Positions 25,240 to 37,870 are shown, counted from the stretch's first letter. The stretch is 64,000 bases of DNA from Ginglymostoma cirratum (GCA_024137785.1 JAHRHZ010000043.1:25838026-25902025); one strand, 5' to 3'. Program-made: numbers and translations. Notes: generated from the letters alone by a model not told the origin.

Positions 25240-25471
25240 ATGAGAATGAATGCAGCAATCCCACAGCCTGTGGAGCTGCCTCCTGTTATAACACTCTCGG
25301 CAGCTACAAATGCCTCTGTCCATCTGGGTTTGATTTTGACCAGTACTCTGGGGGATGTCAGGATGTGAATGAATGCTCAGTCTCTGGAAACCCCTGCACG
25401 TATGGCTGCTCCAATACAGATGGTGGTTACCTCTGCGGCTGCCCTGGGGGCTACTTCAGGGTGGGCCAAGG
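25240..25471 (+). CDS. FBN3: Fibrillin exon, cbEGF42-43-equivalent ([78 protein letters not shown])
   Basis: ttttgcAG acceptor, GTAAGT donor, 232 nt two-EGF exon changing phase from 1 to 2, as in vertebrate fibrillins. Confidence 0.95.
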
Positions 25472-27119
25472 GTAAGTGACAGGTCAATGATGGACTCGAA
25501 GGGATGGAGAACTGATATGCAGTGGTACTGTTGAATAATAAGGTCCAAAATTTGAATAGTTGAAGAAGTTTCTAGTCTCAAGTTAAATACTAAGGGATGA
25601 AAGATTAGGACAGTCAACGAGGATTCCCAAAACAGAAAATAAATTGAGCTTTAATCACATTAATTGGACCATTTTCCTTCAATGCTGCTATCACTGTCCT
25701 ATCCATGGCTATATATAAATAATACTTCACCCTTTACAACAAGTGAATTCCTTTTGGGGCATGTCTTATGAGTAGGGCAAATTTAAACATGTCCCGTGAA
25801 TCTCATTCTTTGCAAATAACTCTATCACCATGTCTTTGTGCAGGAACACCATCTTCTTCTCCGCCTTGCCCTCACAAAATTCAGATAGTCCTTGTTGGAG
25901 TACAAGGTCATGAATGGAAGAGGAAGTTGTATAAGTTCTCGCCATATCCTCGTTGAGGGTGCCAGTATGTACACAGAACACATGTTGGATAACATTAGGA
26001 AGAAATTATTAGGCCCAAGTGAGGCAAAGCAGCAAACATAGTGCCTATGTTTAAAAAGGACAGAAAACCTGCACTAAACAATTACATATTAGCCATCTAG
26101 ACCATGACATTGATAATTTATTCTCTAAACCTTTTCACATTTCTCCCAACTCCTTAAAACCAAGCACATGAAATCTATGCTAATGTCTCCTTCTTTGAAT
26201 TATTGTCAATAACTTTTTGACTAATTGCATTCTTGTGAAGCATTATTGGACGGTTTACAAAGTTAAAGATGCTATACAAATGCAAGGTTTATTGATAACC
26301 TAAAATCAGTAATGGGAATATAGTAGAAAACAGTGCAGAGTTGGTTGGAGGAAATTTAGCTAGGAATAAGAGGATGCTGTTTGACAGGCCTCTGGCTTCT
26401 TTGAGGGTATTGCATGCAGAGTGGAATTCCCTATAACATCATTTATTTTCACCTTCAATAAGAGGAACAACTTATTAAATAAATTGCCTTTAATGTAAAG
26501 CATCAGATCTCTTACTGTTTGCGGTTTCTGACCTAGCTCTCCCTCTTCCTACTCAAAGTTAATTTTATCCATCCCCCTCAATCTACTCCTTGTTCAACCC
26601 TCATACAATCTGAAATTCTCAATAAGTCCTGTTTCTCATCCTTTCAAAACCATCTCCTTTCATCCCTCCCTCAAATTCTCATGCGTGATCTCCAAAACCA
26701 TTCTCCTCTCAAAGATCCTTAAATCTGTAATTGCCTCCTTCCCCATGTCTTTCTGTCCTGAAATTCCTTATTCAAAATCTCAAATGATATCCTCTCCAAG
26801 TATGATCGGAGAGAAGAAGAAACCAGAATATTACAGACAGAAGTAAATGGTATGCTTTTACTTTATGGATGTTATAATGGAAAATGAGTGCATGGGAGAG
26901 ATGGGCTCCAATGGGAGTGTAAGGGCTCCAAAGTGATGCAAAGGTGATTGTGTCCCCCCAATCTATACCTGAGAGTACAACTGAATAAGGAGAGGTTTAC
27001 ATGTCAAGTACAGAATGATATATCCAAAATACTTCAAAATATATTTGTTTTAATTGGAATGATTAGAATTTATGCTAAGTGTTTTCTTGTGTCTGTATTG
27101 CTGTTGATTCCCTGTTCAG

Positions 27120-27291
27120 ACACTGTATATCGGGAATGGGGTTCGGAAATGGTCAGTATCTACCTCTGGAGGAGGAAGAGGGTGATGCAGAGAATGTGCT
27201 GTCCCCTGAGACATGCTATGAATGCAAGATTAATGGCTACCCCAAGAGAGGCAGGCATCGGAGAAGCACAAATGGCACTGTGTCATATGAG
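27120..27291 (+). CDS. FBN3: Fibrillin penultimate exon (HCISGMGFGNGQYLPLEEEEGDAENVLSPETCYECKINGYPKRGRHRRSTNGTVSYE) with furin site
   Basis: tgttcAG acceptor, GTAATT donor, 172 nt (phase 2 to 0), LSPExCYECKING motif, RGRHRR at 27247-27264. Confidence 0.95.
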
Positions 27292-27359
27292 GTAATTTCA
27301 GGAATTGCTCAAAACCATTAAAAAAGGCATGTGTTTATACACAGTGTGTCTCAGTAACA

Positions 27360-27620
27360 TCTCACTGTACTTCACATATAATGACTAATTGTGAATTGTA
27401 GTTTTTTTTTGTGGGTAAATGCAACAGTAATTTTTTGTGTCTGGCAAGATCCCCAAAACAGTGGATGGAATGAATGGATTATTAATCAGCTTTTTGAGAG
27501 CAATGCTTCAAGAAGCATATTGCTCTAGAAATTGAGTTCCTTGCTGTTCTTCAGATTATGCTATGTAATCTTTTATGTATGTCCCCTACTGTCTCATCTC
27601 AGGTGACTCTGATGTGGAAA
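27360..27620 (-). mobile_element. Deu-domain SINE fragment
   Basis: gcaagatcccca...gctgttcttc...atcttttat motifs are reverse-complement matches to 18600-18985 and 52340-52730. Confidence 0.5.
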
Positions 27621-27834
27621 TGACTTCTAACCGTTTGATTCTCAAATCAACCAGGAAATCAGCAATGAAAAGTAGCAATTAAGATTAAGGAGGTTTTACT
27701 TTCTTTGGAAAGGAAATCTCAAAATTTAAATCAAAATTTTCCAGATTTCAAAGGAAATTGATCACGTTGAAGCACTGAAATATCAGGAAACACAATCTAA
27801 AAATGATGAATAAGAAGGGAAATTAGGGAAATCG

Positions 27835-28205
27835 GGGATGTTATAGAAGCATATAAAATTCTGAAGGGAAGAGATAAGATAGAAGCAGGGAGGTTGTTTC
27901 CACTGATAGGTGAAACTAGAACAAGAGGGCGTAGCCTCGAAATAAGATGGAGCAGATTTGGGACTGAGTTGAGGAAGAACTTCTTCATCCAAAGGGTTGT
28001 GAATCAGTGAAGCAGTTAGGGCTACCTCGTCGAGTGCTTTTAAGGCAAAGATAGATTTTTGAACAGTAAAGGAATTAAAGATTCTGGTGGGTGGGTGGGT
28101 AACTGGAGCTGAGTCCACGACAAGATCAGCCATGATCTTATTGAATGGCAGAGCAGGCTCAGTGGGTCAGATGGTCTACTCCTGCACCTACTTCTTATGT
28201 CCTTA
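27835..28205 (+). mobile_element. CR1 LINE 3' end
   Basis: IEAYKILKG/RKNFFIQRVV and tail gatcagccatgatcttattgaatggcagagcaggctc...ctactcctgcacctacttcttatgtcctta. Confidence 0.8.
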
Positions 28206-28524
28206 CTCGAAGGGTATTTGTTCCCTGGAATATAAAGCTAGATAAAGATATTGAATTAAGCAATCAATTGGAAGAATTAACAACCAGATGTCTTTTTGAA
28301 GAGAAAAATAACGATAGATATAACAGGGAATTGGTAGATAGGGTTGAGCAATATGGTTGGGAGGTAGCTTTGTGATAGTGAGGACTATGGCAAGGTGAGT
28401 TTAATCCATCAAAATGCAACAGGTTTTGAACTTGACGGGTTTTCATTAATTAATAATTTATTGAAAGTGTCAAAAGCAAGTCCTGAAAATAAGCTTTACT
28501 AAGCTAATTTTATTCTCACAACAG

Positions 28525-28899
28525 GATCTCAAGATTAGTTTGGCTAGTTTGGACATTGATGCACCAATCCCATTGAATGTGAATATCTCAGACATGGGAA
28601 TCCATGATCATATCATGGAATTCCTTCCAGCCATTGAGCCTCTGGAAAACCATGTACGTTACATCATCTCCAGTGGGAACGAAGCCAACTTCTTCCGAAT
28701 TCATCAGAAAAACGGACTCAGTTACCTCCATCTAAGCCGCAAAAAGGCCATGCGAGGGAAGTACATGCTAGAGATTTCCAGTATGCCTCTGTATGGGAAG
28801 AAGGATCTTCTGAAGCTGGAAGATGAGAATGACGTTGACTACCTCGTGGGTGATCTCGGCGAGGCCCTCCACATGAAACTTCAAATTCATCTTCTTTAA
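28525..28899 (+). CDS. FBN3: Fibrillin last coding exon, C-terminal asprosin-like propeptide (DLKISLASLDID...EALHMKLQIHLL*)
   Basis: caacAG acceptor, in frame with ORF 28540-28899; resembles the fibrillin C-terminus (RYIISSGNEANFFRIHQKNGLSYLH); TAA stop ends at 28899. Confidence 0.95.
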   Translation, partial: DLKISLASLDIDAPIPLNVNISDMGIHDHIMEFLPAIEPLENHVRYIISSGNEANFFRIHQKNGLSYLHLSRKKAMRGKYMLEISSMPLYGKKDLLKLEDENDVDYLVGDLGEALHMKLQIHLL

Positions 28900-31800
28900 T
28901 GTTCTTGTCCTGTCACCCTTGGTGGGGAAAAGGCCTCTGCCATTTTAAATAGCATCTCAGCACCAACCTCTCAACACTAAACTTGATGATGGGATAATGG
29001 GCTGTGTCAGCTCAACAAAATCTTCGCATAATAGTTGTTTTCATTCAGGCTATGTATTGGGGATTGAACGGCATCTTCTGGAGTGTGTCACTGACGTCAC
29101 ACTTACAGCAGATGATTGGATACCAATTGTAAAGGACCAATTAATATTTAAAGGTTGAAAATTCCATGTGCTCCACCAGATTTATTTTATAGCACAGTGG
29201 GTCAAATTGAAACGTATAACAGGAAGGAGTCCACCCGATTAGAGCAAAATAACTTGGGAGGGAGAGGATCAGCGAGGACAAGGGCATTAGTGGATTTGAA
29301 GGAATTAATGCTGTTGAATCAGCGATGAAGGGAAATTTGCTTTGCATTTAGGGGATAAATTTGGGACCCTATTAATAAATAATGCCATTAGAGGTTGAAT
29401 TGAAAAACCGAATTATGGAACTGAAGGAATCTTAATGTATTTTTTGACCAGTTAACTAGCTCTCTTCCAGGGACTGACTTTTTCCAGCCTGAGGGATACC
29501 CTTTGCTAATTGTTCTAATCTGAATGCTGTTGAATTGCAGAGAAATTTATTTTGTACAATTTGCATTGTCCTGAATCATTCACCTCTGACTTTGGAATAA
29601 TTTGTTTAACCAGGAATATCTGCCAAAAGTGAATACGTTGAAAAAATGTTGATCTAGGGAGGGAGATCATGGACTGCCATTTTGTAATGAAGATGTTTTG
29701 ATTAAACCAACCAATTATTTAGAGTATAACCTGGCCTGTCAAGTCAGGATGAGAACAAAGGAAGGGAGATATTTTCAACTCATTCCCTACAATTCTGATT
29801 AGAACAGCAGGTAGGTGTCACAAGGCAATGAAAGAAAATATTTTCTTTAAAGCATGTTCTTCCCCTTTTAATAAGGCAAGTAACAATAGTCAACCCATTG
29901 TGCAGGTAGTCGGTGGTGCTTATTAAGTTTCAGTGAGATGGGATCAATAATTAAAGATTATTGTCAGGGGTTAAAAGCAGCTTTGTGTGTGTGTGTTACC
30001 GCAGGAACCTTTCCAAGTATCCATGGAAACACTTGTTGAGCAGTCACAGCAATATATCCCACCATCCTCTTCTCCGTTAACTCTATCCACATTTTAGGAG
30101 AAACTCTCTTCCTAACACCATCAGCAATAAAAGCAATCTTCAGAAATTGCTGCACTAACCTGATTTAAAGAATCTTATCCATGTGCTGGTTTGCTACCCC
30201 AAATGCATTTTCCATGTGGATCTTGGACAGCTGGGGCTCTCTCTGTATTCCCCATTGGAATTAATAAATACGCACACACGTTGTGCAAGTTTGGCTTGGG
30301 TGTATTTGCTATTCCAGTCAAATTTGCTGTTTTCTATGAACCCTAAAATGAGAACATAATCCTAAATTTTAGGCTTTACATACCAGTCTAATGTGCAGCC
30401 ATCTCACTTCGGACCTCAATAAGAAAGCCCACCAACTCTGTGGAAGGTGTGAGTGCAAACAAATAGTGAAAGATTTCTTTTTAACTTTAGTTACGCAAGT
30501 ATGCATTGCTCCCCATCAACAGTGACAGGATTGGCTCCTTATGGTAGTTCCCAACAGTTGACAGCACTGATCCCCAAAAGGATTGGCCCATCCCTAACTG
30601 ACAGTGAGAAGCACATGGAATATTATCTTTGAAATTTGATGTATCCGGACACTCCTCCACACAGTGGATGGAAGATAAATTTGGTTCTCAAAGCTTCAAT
30701 TCTGAGAAAGCACTGTGTGAGATATGAACACTAGATTATGTACTGTAGATGATAGAATCACCCAGATGGTTGTGACAGCTATATGCCACTAAGCTGCAAA
30801 GTAGTTCATGAAGAAAAAACATAACTCTTCATCAACCCCACATCCTCAGTGTTGACACTGCACTAAACATTCAGGTTCTTCTGAAGGGAAAACCACAGGA
30901 TGATCCTTTCTTTCTCTTTCTCTCTATATTTGATAATATCTCTAACTATGACAGATTGAGACAAAGCAGGAATCTGGAGCCAGATCTTACTGGGAGATTC
31001 TAAGGGTGTCAACTTCCCAGCATCTAATCACTTCACAACACAGATTCAGGGTTAGAAAGTAATTTGCCTCAATTACCTTTTCCTGTCTTTGCCCCAAATA
31101 AGAGCACATAAACCAAAAATATTCAGTACCAGCTTGCTAATGTTTATTTGAAAGAGCCAGTGCAAGTGCCAGTTGATTGTACTCATGCAGTTTGTTTATA
31201 TTTTACTGTTTCTGAGGTATGTTTAATAAATACATCTCCTAGTTGACATTATTTTTGATGACCTGAATCAATGCATTGTCCTGTCAGGGAGTAAAAATGG
31301 CATATCATTTAGATAGTTAACAAATGCAGCTGTTCCACATTAAACTATGTGTGCTTTCACAGAATTTCACAGAAGACAACCGTTTGACCAATCCCGCAAG
31401 TGTTGACTTTTCTTTAGTGGTTATAACAAGACATACGACGCTAATTAGTTTTTTTTCAATTTGCGTTCAAAAATATGGAGGATTCCACCGGTTGCTGTGT
31501 GTGGCAGAATTGGAACAAAATGTTTAAATGTAATGGAGTTTAATATTACAATGACTGTGTCATGACATACTGCAACCAGAAGATTTGGTCATCCTCCAAG
31601 CTATTGTCACTCATTATGCTTTCTTTGATTATTCAATTAACAATAAATTTGTCTTATCTTCTTTAAACAATTCCACATGGACATTGCATAGTGCAGGCAA
31701 GTTACTGTCTCATAAAGGTGCTAATGTTAGAAGATTTTCCTGTTCAACCTCAGACTACCTGAAATGCTTTTGTTCAGTAGTGCAATTGATCAATACAATG

Positions 31801-32335
31801 GTGCTAAGTATCAAGATTCAGGGTTCCTGCACTGTCCATCCCATTTTATATTTATGTATAACCGACAATTTGTACTGTTCATTTTTTTTGTGAGCTCATA
31901 TCTTGTAGCTTTTTTTTTGTAAACTGCCACTTCATGTAAAATAGAGGACGTGTTTATACTGTAATCATTTAGTGACAAACTTGAAAAACAATTTTTTTAT
32001 TGTAAACTTGTAATACTGTATACAGATTTTTCTACTGCAAAGAAAAGAGGGTTATGAATATAATAATTCTGCCTGAACACTGGACCCTCGACATCTGTTG
32101 AATTGACCATCCTGACTTTTTGAGATGGACTTTGTACTAACGATGTGAAGCCTGGACTGCCAAACAATGAAGTACTGTTATTCTACAAGCCCAAGTCAGC
32201 CTTTCCTCTGTGTTCTGGTGTTGTTATTGATGCATGGGATTGGGAGGGTGGAATTCAGCACATAATATATACCTGGGGAATTGGATTTGTACCGAGAAAC
32301 ATTCTCGGCAATAAAATGGATTATTTTGGGTTACA
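28900..32335 (+). other. FBN3: Probable fibrillin 3'UTR with tandem polyadenylation signals
   Basis: No recognisable TE; AATAAA at 29374, 30126, 30263, 31225, 31642 and 32310; T-rich UTR-like blocks at 31840-32070; true end uncertain. Confidence 0.6.
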
Positions 32336-34788
32336 TTCTAAGCCTCCACTGTGATTTCGCCTGGAGCTGACTCAGGTGATTTTTTTTCTACACAGAAGGG
32401 TAAGATGATAGTGTCACCCAAAGGGCCCGGGGCTGATTCACGGTAACAGGCTCCTGTGTGGCATAGGTTTTTCTTCATTTTGCTATCCTAATCAAATTTA
32501 TCTGAGTTGCACATCAGCAGTCCTTTACACAGGTTCCAGCTGCTGCAACAAAGCACCCTAGCGAAGCTTTAGTAACTTTTAATGAGGGTTTTTGGGAAAA
32601 GGATATAAATTTTATTCAATATTAACAAGGAAATATTTGCTTTTCTTTCTTGTCAATTTTCTTCTCTCCTTCCTGGGAGTTGTTGACTTTTAACCCACAA
32701 GCATCAGATATCCGCTAGTGGTTCACCCAAATGGCCGTTATTTGCAGCTGAACTTTAACAGTGATCAGAGCAGCACATTTAGTTGAAAAAGAAGTCCTGG
32801 CCAGCCTGGTTATGGGCCTCACCTAGTGAATGGGTCATTGGGTGCTGGTCAAGACAGCAAGTACGAAAGTTAACAGTTAATTGTCCTACAGTTGATCTGA
32901 GGCACTGAGAGCTCTAATGATGCTGTGCATCATACTTCTTTGATTTTTATTTTCACACCACAATGTTTATGTGGCTGGTCCAGTTTAATTTTCAGTCACT
33001 GGTAACTGCCAGGCTGCTGATGGTGGGCACAGTAAGCCCTTTGAATGTCAAGGGGAGATGGTTAGATTGTCCTTTCCTTTGTACCTACAAGACTTCATTT
33101 ACCTACAAGACTTCATAAAATGGTGTTACCAAGTGGTGATTGTTTATGATTGTATTACATGTATACCTAGGCCTGTAATCTGTTTTGGCAGACAAGGTGA
33201 TTCACAGATACACAGCACCTCAGATGCAGTGGGACATAGATCGATTCCATTGCTCCCGAGTTCCCAATATTGTACAAGAGACACTGGGAAACAGTATTAT
33301 GAGGGAAGGTGAAGGCTGGAGGGAGGATATGACTGCACCTCCAAGGAAATTTCAAGAACATGTTATGCTCAACCCCTTCATGGTTGTGCTTGTGCAAAAA
33401 CAGGCCAAAAGGAGCAGTGAACAAGGTGGCATGTTAGATCTGTGCCCCTTTCTCATTCTCGCTTCAATGCTGGGACAGCAGAGCTCTGCCTATTGATTTG
33501 TGGTCTAGGGAGCCAAGTGTGAAAAATCAGCCCATTTACTATCAAACAATGGTTTAAAAGCACATTGCAATATCTGTGACTTTCTGAAGCTAACATGCAA
33601 ACTATGAAAGCAACAACAATTTTAAACCTGCACTAGGGTGGAAACTATGTGTGTAGTAAATCATCTAAAAAGGTTCCAAACTCAGCATTAAATATATCTA
33701 AGATTTATTGCAACTTTTGATATCCAAAGAGCAAAGTGTCTCTGATTAAGTGAATAAAGAGTCATTTGTTAACTAATTCCATGTACTGCTTACAGGAAAG
33801 TAAATCTCAGCAATTAGCTGCAAAGATCATTATTTAAACCTGAACAATCTGTAAGTGTGAATAGTGAACAGAATCTGAGACTAGAAAAGAACACTTTAGA
33901 CGCAATTTCTACGCAAGCACAGATTTATTTAATTGCTCGTGTTTCACGGGTTATGGGAACCTTCACAAGTTAGATTCACCTTAACACTTCTTACAGTGCA
34001 AATATATTCTCTCAGGATCAGAACATCCAAAAATATATATCCGATTAAAATAAAAGCACATTGATACATTGGGGAGTGACAAGGTTCCACTTGACTCATT
34101 TCACTTCTAGTTGAAGGTTTGACAGGAATTTTGTGGAATGATGTCATAATTCTTTTTCCTCATAAATTGAGGATACACAAATAGGAGCTCCAGATTAAAA
34201 TGTCCCCAGTGCATTCCAGTCCCATGCCCATGTTTACAGAAGACCTTGGGCAGATACATGAGTTCCCTTTCAATAGGCACGTGGACATAGAACAGTACAA
34301 CACATTACAGGCCCTTCAGCCCACAATGTTGTGCCGAACTTTTACCCTAAACCTAAGGTCTATCTAACATCCACCCCTATCTTATACTATCAACATAACT
34401 GTAGACGGGAGCATTTAGCCCTGTCAATCATACTCTGCCTGGCCTTTCGATGGCCATCATGTCTAGGCCCAGATTGACCCAATTTGATTTACCCGTTTCC
34501 CTCCAAGATGAGTGGCCAAAGATCAGGAGCAAGGGCCTGAAGCACAACCAGAAATTGAGACAACTTGTGATTAATAAAAGTTAGCTTCATTTCTAGCAGC
34601 ACTGTGGGTAGACCTACCAGTATGTGAACTGCAACAGTTCAAGAAGGTAATTCTCCACAATCTTTTCAAGAACAATTAGGGATGGGTAATAAATAGTCAG
34701 CAATGCCCACATCCATGACCAAATTTTAAAAAATCTTTCTAGTCATCGAAGAGGATCCTTTCGCATCCCACATCTGTATGAAACATCA

Positions 34789-35150
34789 GGGGAGGCAATA
34801 GCCAGTGGTATTATCACTGGACTGTTAATCCAAAGACCCAAGTAATGTTCAGGGGACCTGGGTTCTAATCTGCCATGGCAGCTGGCAAAATTTGAATTCA
34901 GAAATATCTGGAGTTAAGAGACTCATGATGACTGTGAATCCATTGTCGATTGTTGGGAAAAACCCAACTGGTTTACTAACATCCTTCAGGGAAGGACACT
35001 GCCATCCTTACCTGCTCTGGCTTACATGTGACTCCAGAACCATAGCAACGTGGTTGACTCATAACTGCCCCCAGGCAATTACAGATGGGTAATAAATGCT
35101 GGCCTAGCCAGCGACGCCCTCATCCCATGAGTGAATGAGGCAAAAAAAAA
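34789..35150 (+). mobile_element. Full-length family A tRNA-derived SINE
   Basis: A-box-like aggcaatagccagtgg, B-box-like gggttctaatc, body, LINE-derived tail and A-run. Confidence 0.8.
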
Positions 35151-36223
35151 ACTCATTGACATGTGTTTCAAGCAGACCTTAGAGTCTGTGAATCCACTTA
35201 AATAACATTGTTACAGTAATTGGCACAACGTTCTCAACACCATATTCTTGACATGACACCCTGATTAAAGCTCTCTGATTGGGACCCCCCAGGGCATGCC
35301 CAGGGTCAGGGGTTTGGGTGATGCTGAATGTTAGGGCTTGGAATAGGTGCTGCAGCAGTGTGTACCAGGAAAGCCCTCCACCAGGAGGGGAAAGGCATGG
35401 AGGGCAGCACTTTAGAGACGCAACTGAAGTTGTGACATGTCAGATCCTGAGAGAGGCCTTTCATTGAAGAGAAACTCGAAAAATTCAGATTGGATTGCTC
35501 CACACGTTTGGCGTGTCCTTAGGATACAGTGAAGGCAATGAATCAGTGAATTTGTCTGGATATAGGGTTACCTCAGAATCGATGTTTTCTCTCATTAATG
35601 AAAAAGAATAATTATCTAATTTGAAGATCTTTTAAACACCACATCCTCTGTCATTTGAGAAGCTAGGTGTTATTTTTCTTAAAGTCCTGATTCGTTAGAT
35701 TAGCATTCACAATCAACAACAAAAAACCTAAAGTAAAAACTCCAAACAGGTCATTCTGAATATTTCACGATATATCAGAGCATGTTAGCTGGATAAGTGA
35801 CCAGGTGCACGAGGCTGCATTTCTAGCCTAAGAATTTAGGATGAGATAGCACAGAATTGATCCAATAGGTGCTGTGCATGGTCATCCTGATTATTTCGGC
35901 TCAACTTCAATTTCATGTCAGATTTCAGAAAGTGCAGGGTGTTCCTCAGTCTTCTCTCACTGCCAGAGGATGTTGTATTGTGCTGCGATACAAGTCCACA
36001 GACTAAGCTAGTCTTTGTGACATGAATTTAGACCAAGCAAGCTATACCATCGGCATAATAGAGAAACCCAATCCTATCTTAGTCCAATATCCACATGTGT
36101 ACACTTCAGCAGAGAACACTGTGGAGATCCGGAGCTGAAATTCCCTCTTAATCCAGTGGTACTGAGATTCACCACCACACTTTTTTTCCTGACAGACCAA
36201 AGTAATAAGCATGACATTGAATC

Positions 36224-36614
36224 TCAGTGCCATGTCCTTTCCTCACATAATTATACCATTCAAACATTTGTACTCTTCAAAAGTTCTAATCAATGGATTA
36301 GATATAGTTCCATAGAGACTGGAGGGGGAAGGAGCATTCCGATTTATGGATTTATGACACACATTCCTTATTGAGATCTGTCAGGACAGGTTAGTTGAAA
36401 TCAAAAAAAGGGAGCACCTTCAAAAAAAGAGAACTGCCCATCCTGACAAACCTCAATAAGGAGTACATGTTATAAACCCATAAATCAGAATGCACCTCCT
36501 CCTCATAGACTGTACACAACTATTTTTCATTTGTTAATTCTAACTTCTGAAAAGAACAAATGCTTGAATGGCGTAACAGTATGAAAATGTTGGGAGAGGA
36601 CGTGTTCTGGACTG
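36224..36614. mobile_element. Long imperfect inverted repeat (foldback/MITE-like relic)
   Basis: 36331-36386 closely matches the reverse complement of 36441-36496; similarity extends to ~170 bp arms. Confidence 0.75.
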
Positions 36615-37469
36615 ATAAGTTGCTCCTTGTTATAGGTTGTCGATCCCTGGGTAATAAGTGCTCAGAAATAAGAGTTCCTGTCCTCATTCACGACTGTAAC
36701 ATGGGCCTGCCTGCTTCAAGGTTAATGGCCAGAGTCTGACTTGAGACTTCAAAGTCAAACAGAACTATACAGAATTGAACTCAACGCTGAGTCAGGATTA
36801 ATGTCAGTTAGGACAATTTTAGTGAATAATTTTTGCGTCCATTTTGCTTTGTGGGATTTTTTTTCTGCTCGTTTGGTCTTCTTTCACTTCTGTCTTATTT
36901 CTTTCACTTTATATTTGGGTCAGCTATCCTGCCGTACGCAGCTCCTCTAGGCAAATCTCGCACTTCTTTAGTTGTCCTATTACACTTCCTTTGGTCTTAC
37001 AACATTAAGCCCTCTATCATTTCATCTTTCCTGCCCCCACTCAATCATAAGTCTTTCCTTTTGTTCTTTATTCCCAGACTCCCTGACTTTTACTGGCTCA
37101 AGAACCATCAAATTTCTACTTCCCCAAGTTACGAAGCAGAAACTTTGTGTGGAATCCTGTGCCCTTCCCTGTTCGTCCACTCGAATTATGTCCATATCTA
37201 TTAAGTGATGGCCTAGACTCTATGACAGGATACTGTACACATGAGCTACAGAGGGGATTAAATGAATGGGTTAGAATGTACCTGGGCTGTGGAAGGAACG
37301 GAGGAATCTGAGTTATTGTATTGGTGGGTCTTGTCATCCCACCATTTATTGAGGCCCTTAGGTAGGCAATTAATAGGGAACTCACCACATGGGAAGCACA
37401 ACAAGTGGTGTTCTCGCTTGTGGGTTCCCAGAGATGGGTTAGTAGGTTGTTGTTCCATTAATCCATTCA

Positions 37470-37870
37470 GTTATAGGGAGAGGCTGAATTGGCTGGGGCA
37501 TAGGCTGAGGCTGAGGGCTGACCTTTTAGAAGTTTATCAAATCATGAGGGGCATGGATGGGGTGAATAGCCAAGATCTTTTCCCCAGGGTAGGGGAGTCC
37601 AAAACTAGAGAGCATAGGTTTAAGGTGAGAGGGGAAAGATTTAAAAGGAACCAAAGGGGCAACTTGTTCACGCAGAGGATGGTGTGCTTATGGAATGGGC
37701 AATTACAACATTTAAAAGGCATCTGGATGGGTATATGAATAGGAAGGGTTTAGAGGAATATGGGCCAAATGCTGGCAAATGGGACTAGATTAAATTTAGA
37801 ATATCTGGTCAGCATGGATAAGTTAAACTGAAGGGTCTGTTTCCATGCTGTACATCTCTATAACTCTGAT
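37470..37870 (+). mobile_element. HER1-type CR1 LINE 3' fragment
   Basis: ORF 37262-37738 ends in SYRERL...LRADLLEVYQIMRG...RGNLFTQRMV; tail gaagggtctgtttccatgctgtacatctctataactct. Confidence 0.85.

Noticed and set aside
26948-27295. Alternative-frame ORFs overlapping fibrillin exons (also 13824, 18219, 8687, 11293, 24139, 25078)
   Set aside because: Shadow or antisense frames of real exons with no independent coding signal
37262-37738. 158 aa ORF as a host gene
   Set aside because: Its C-terminal part is CR1 ORF2 tail sequence joined by chance to non-coding upstream DNA
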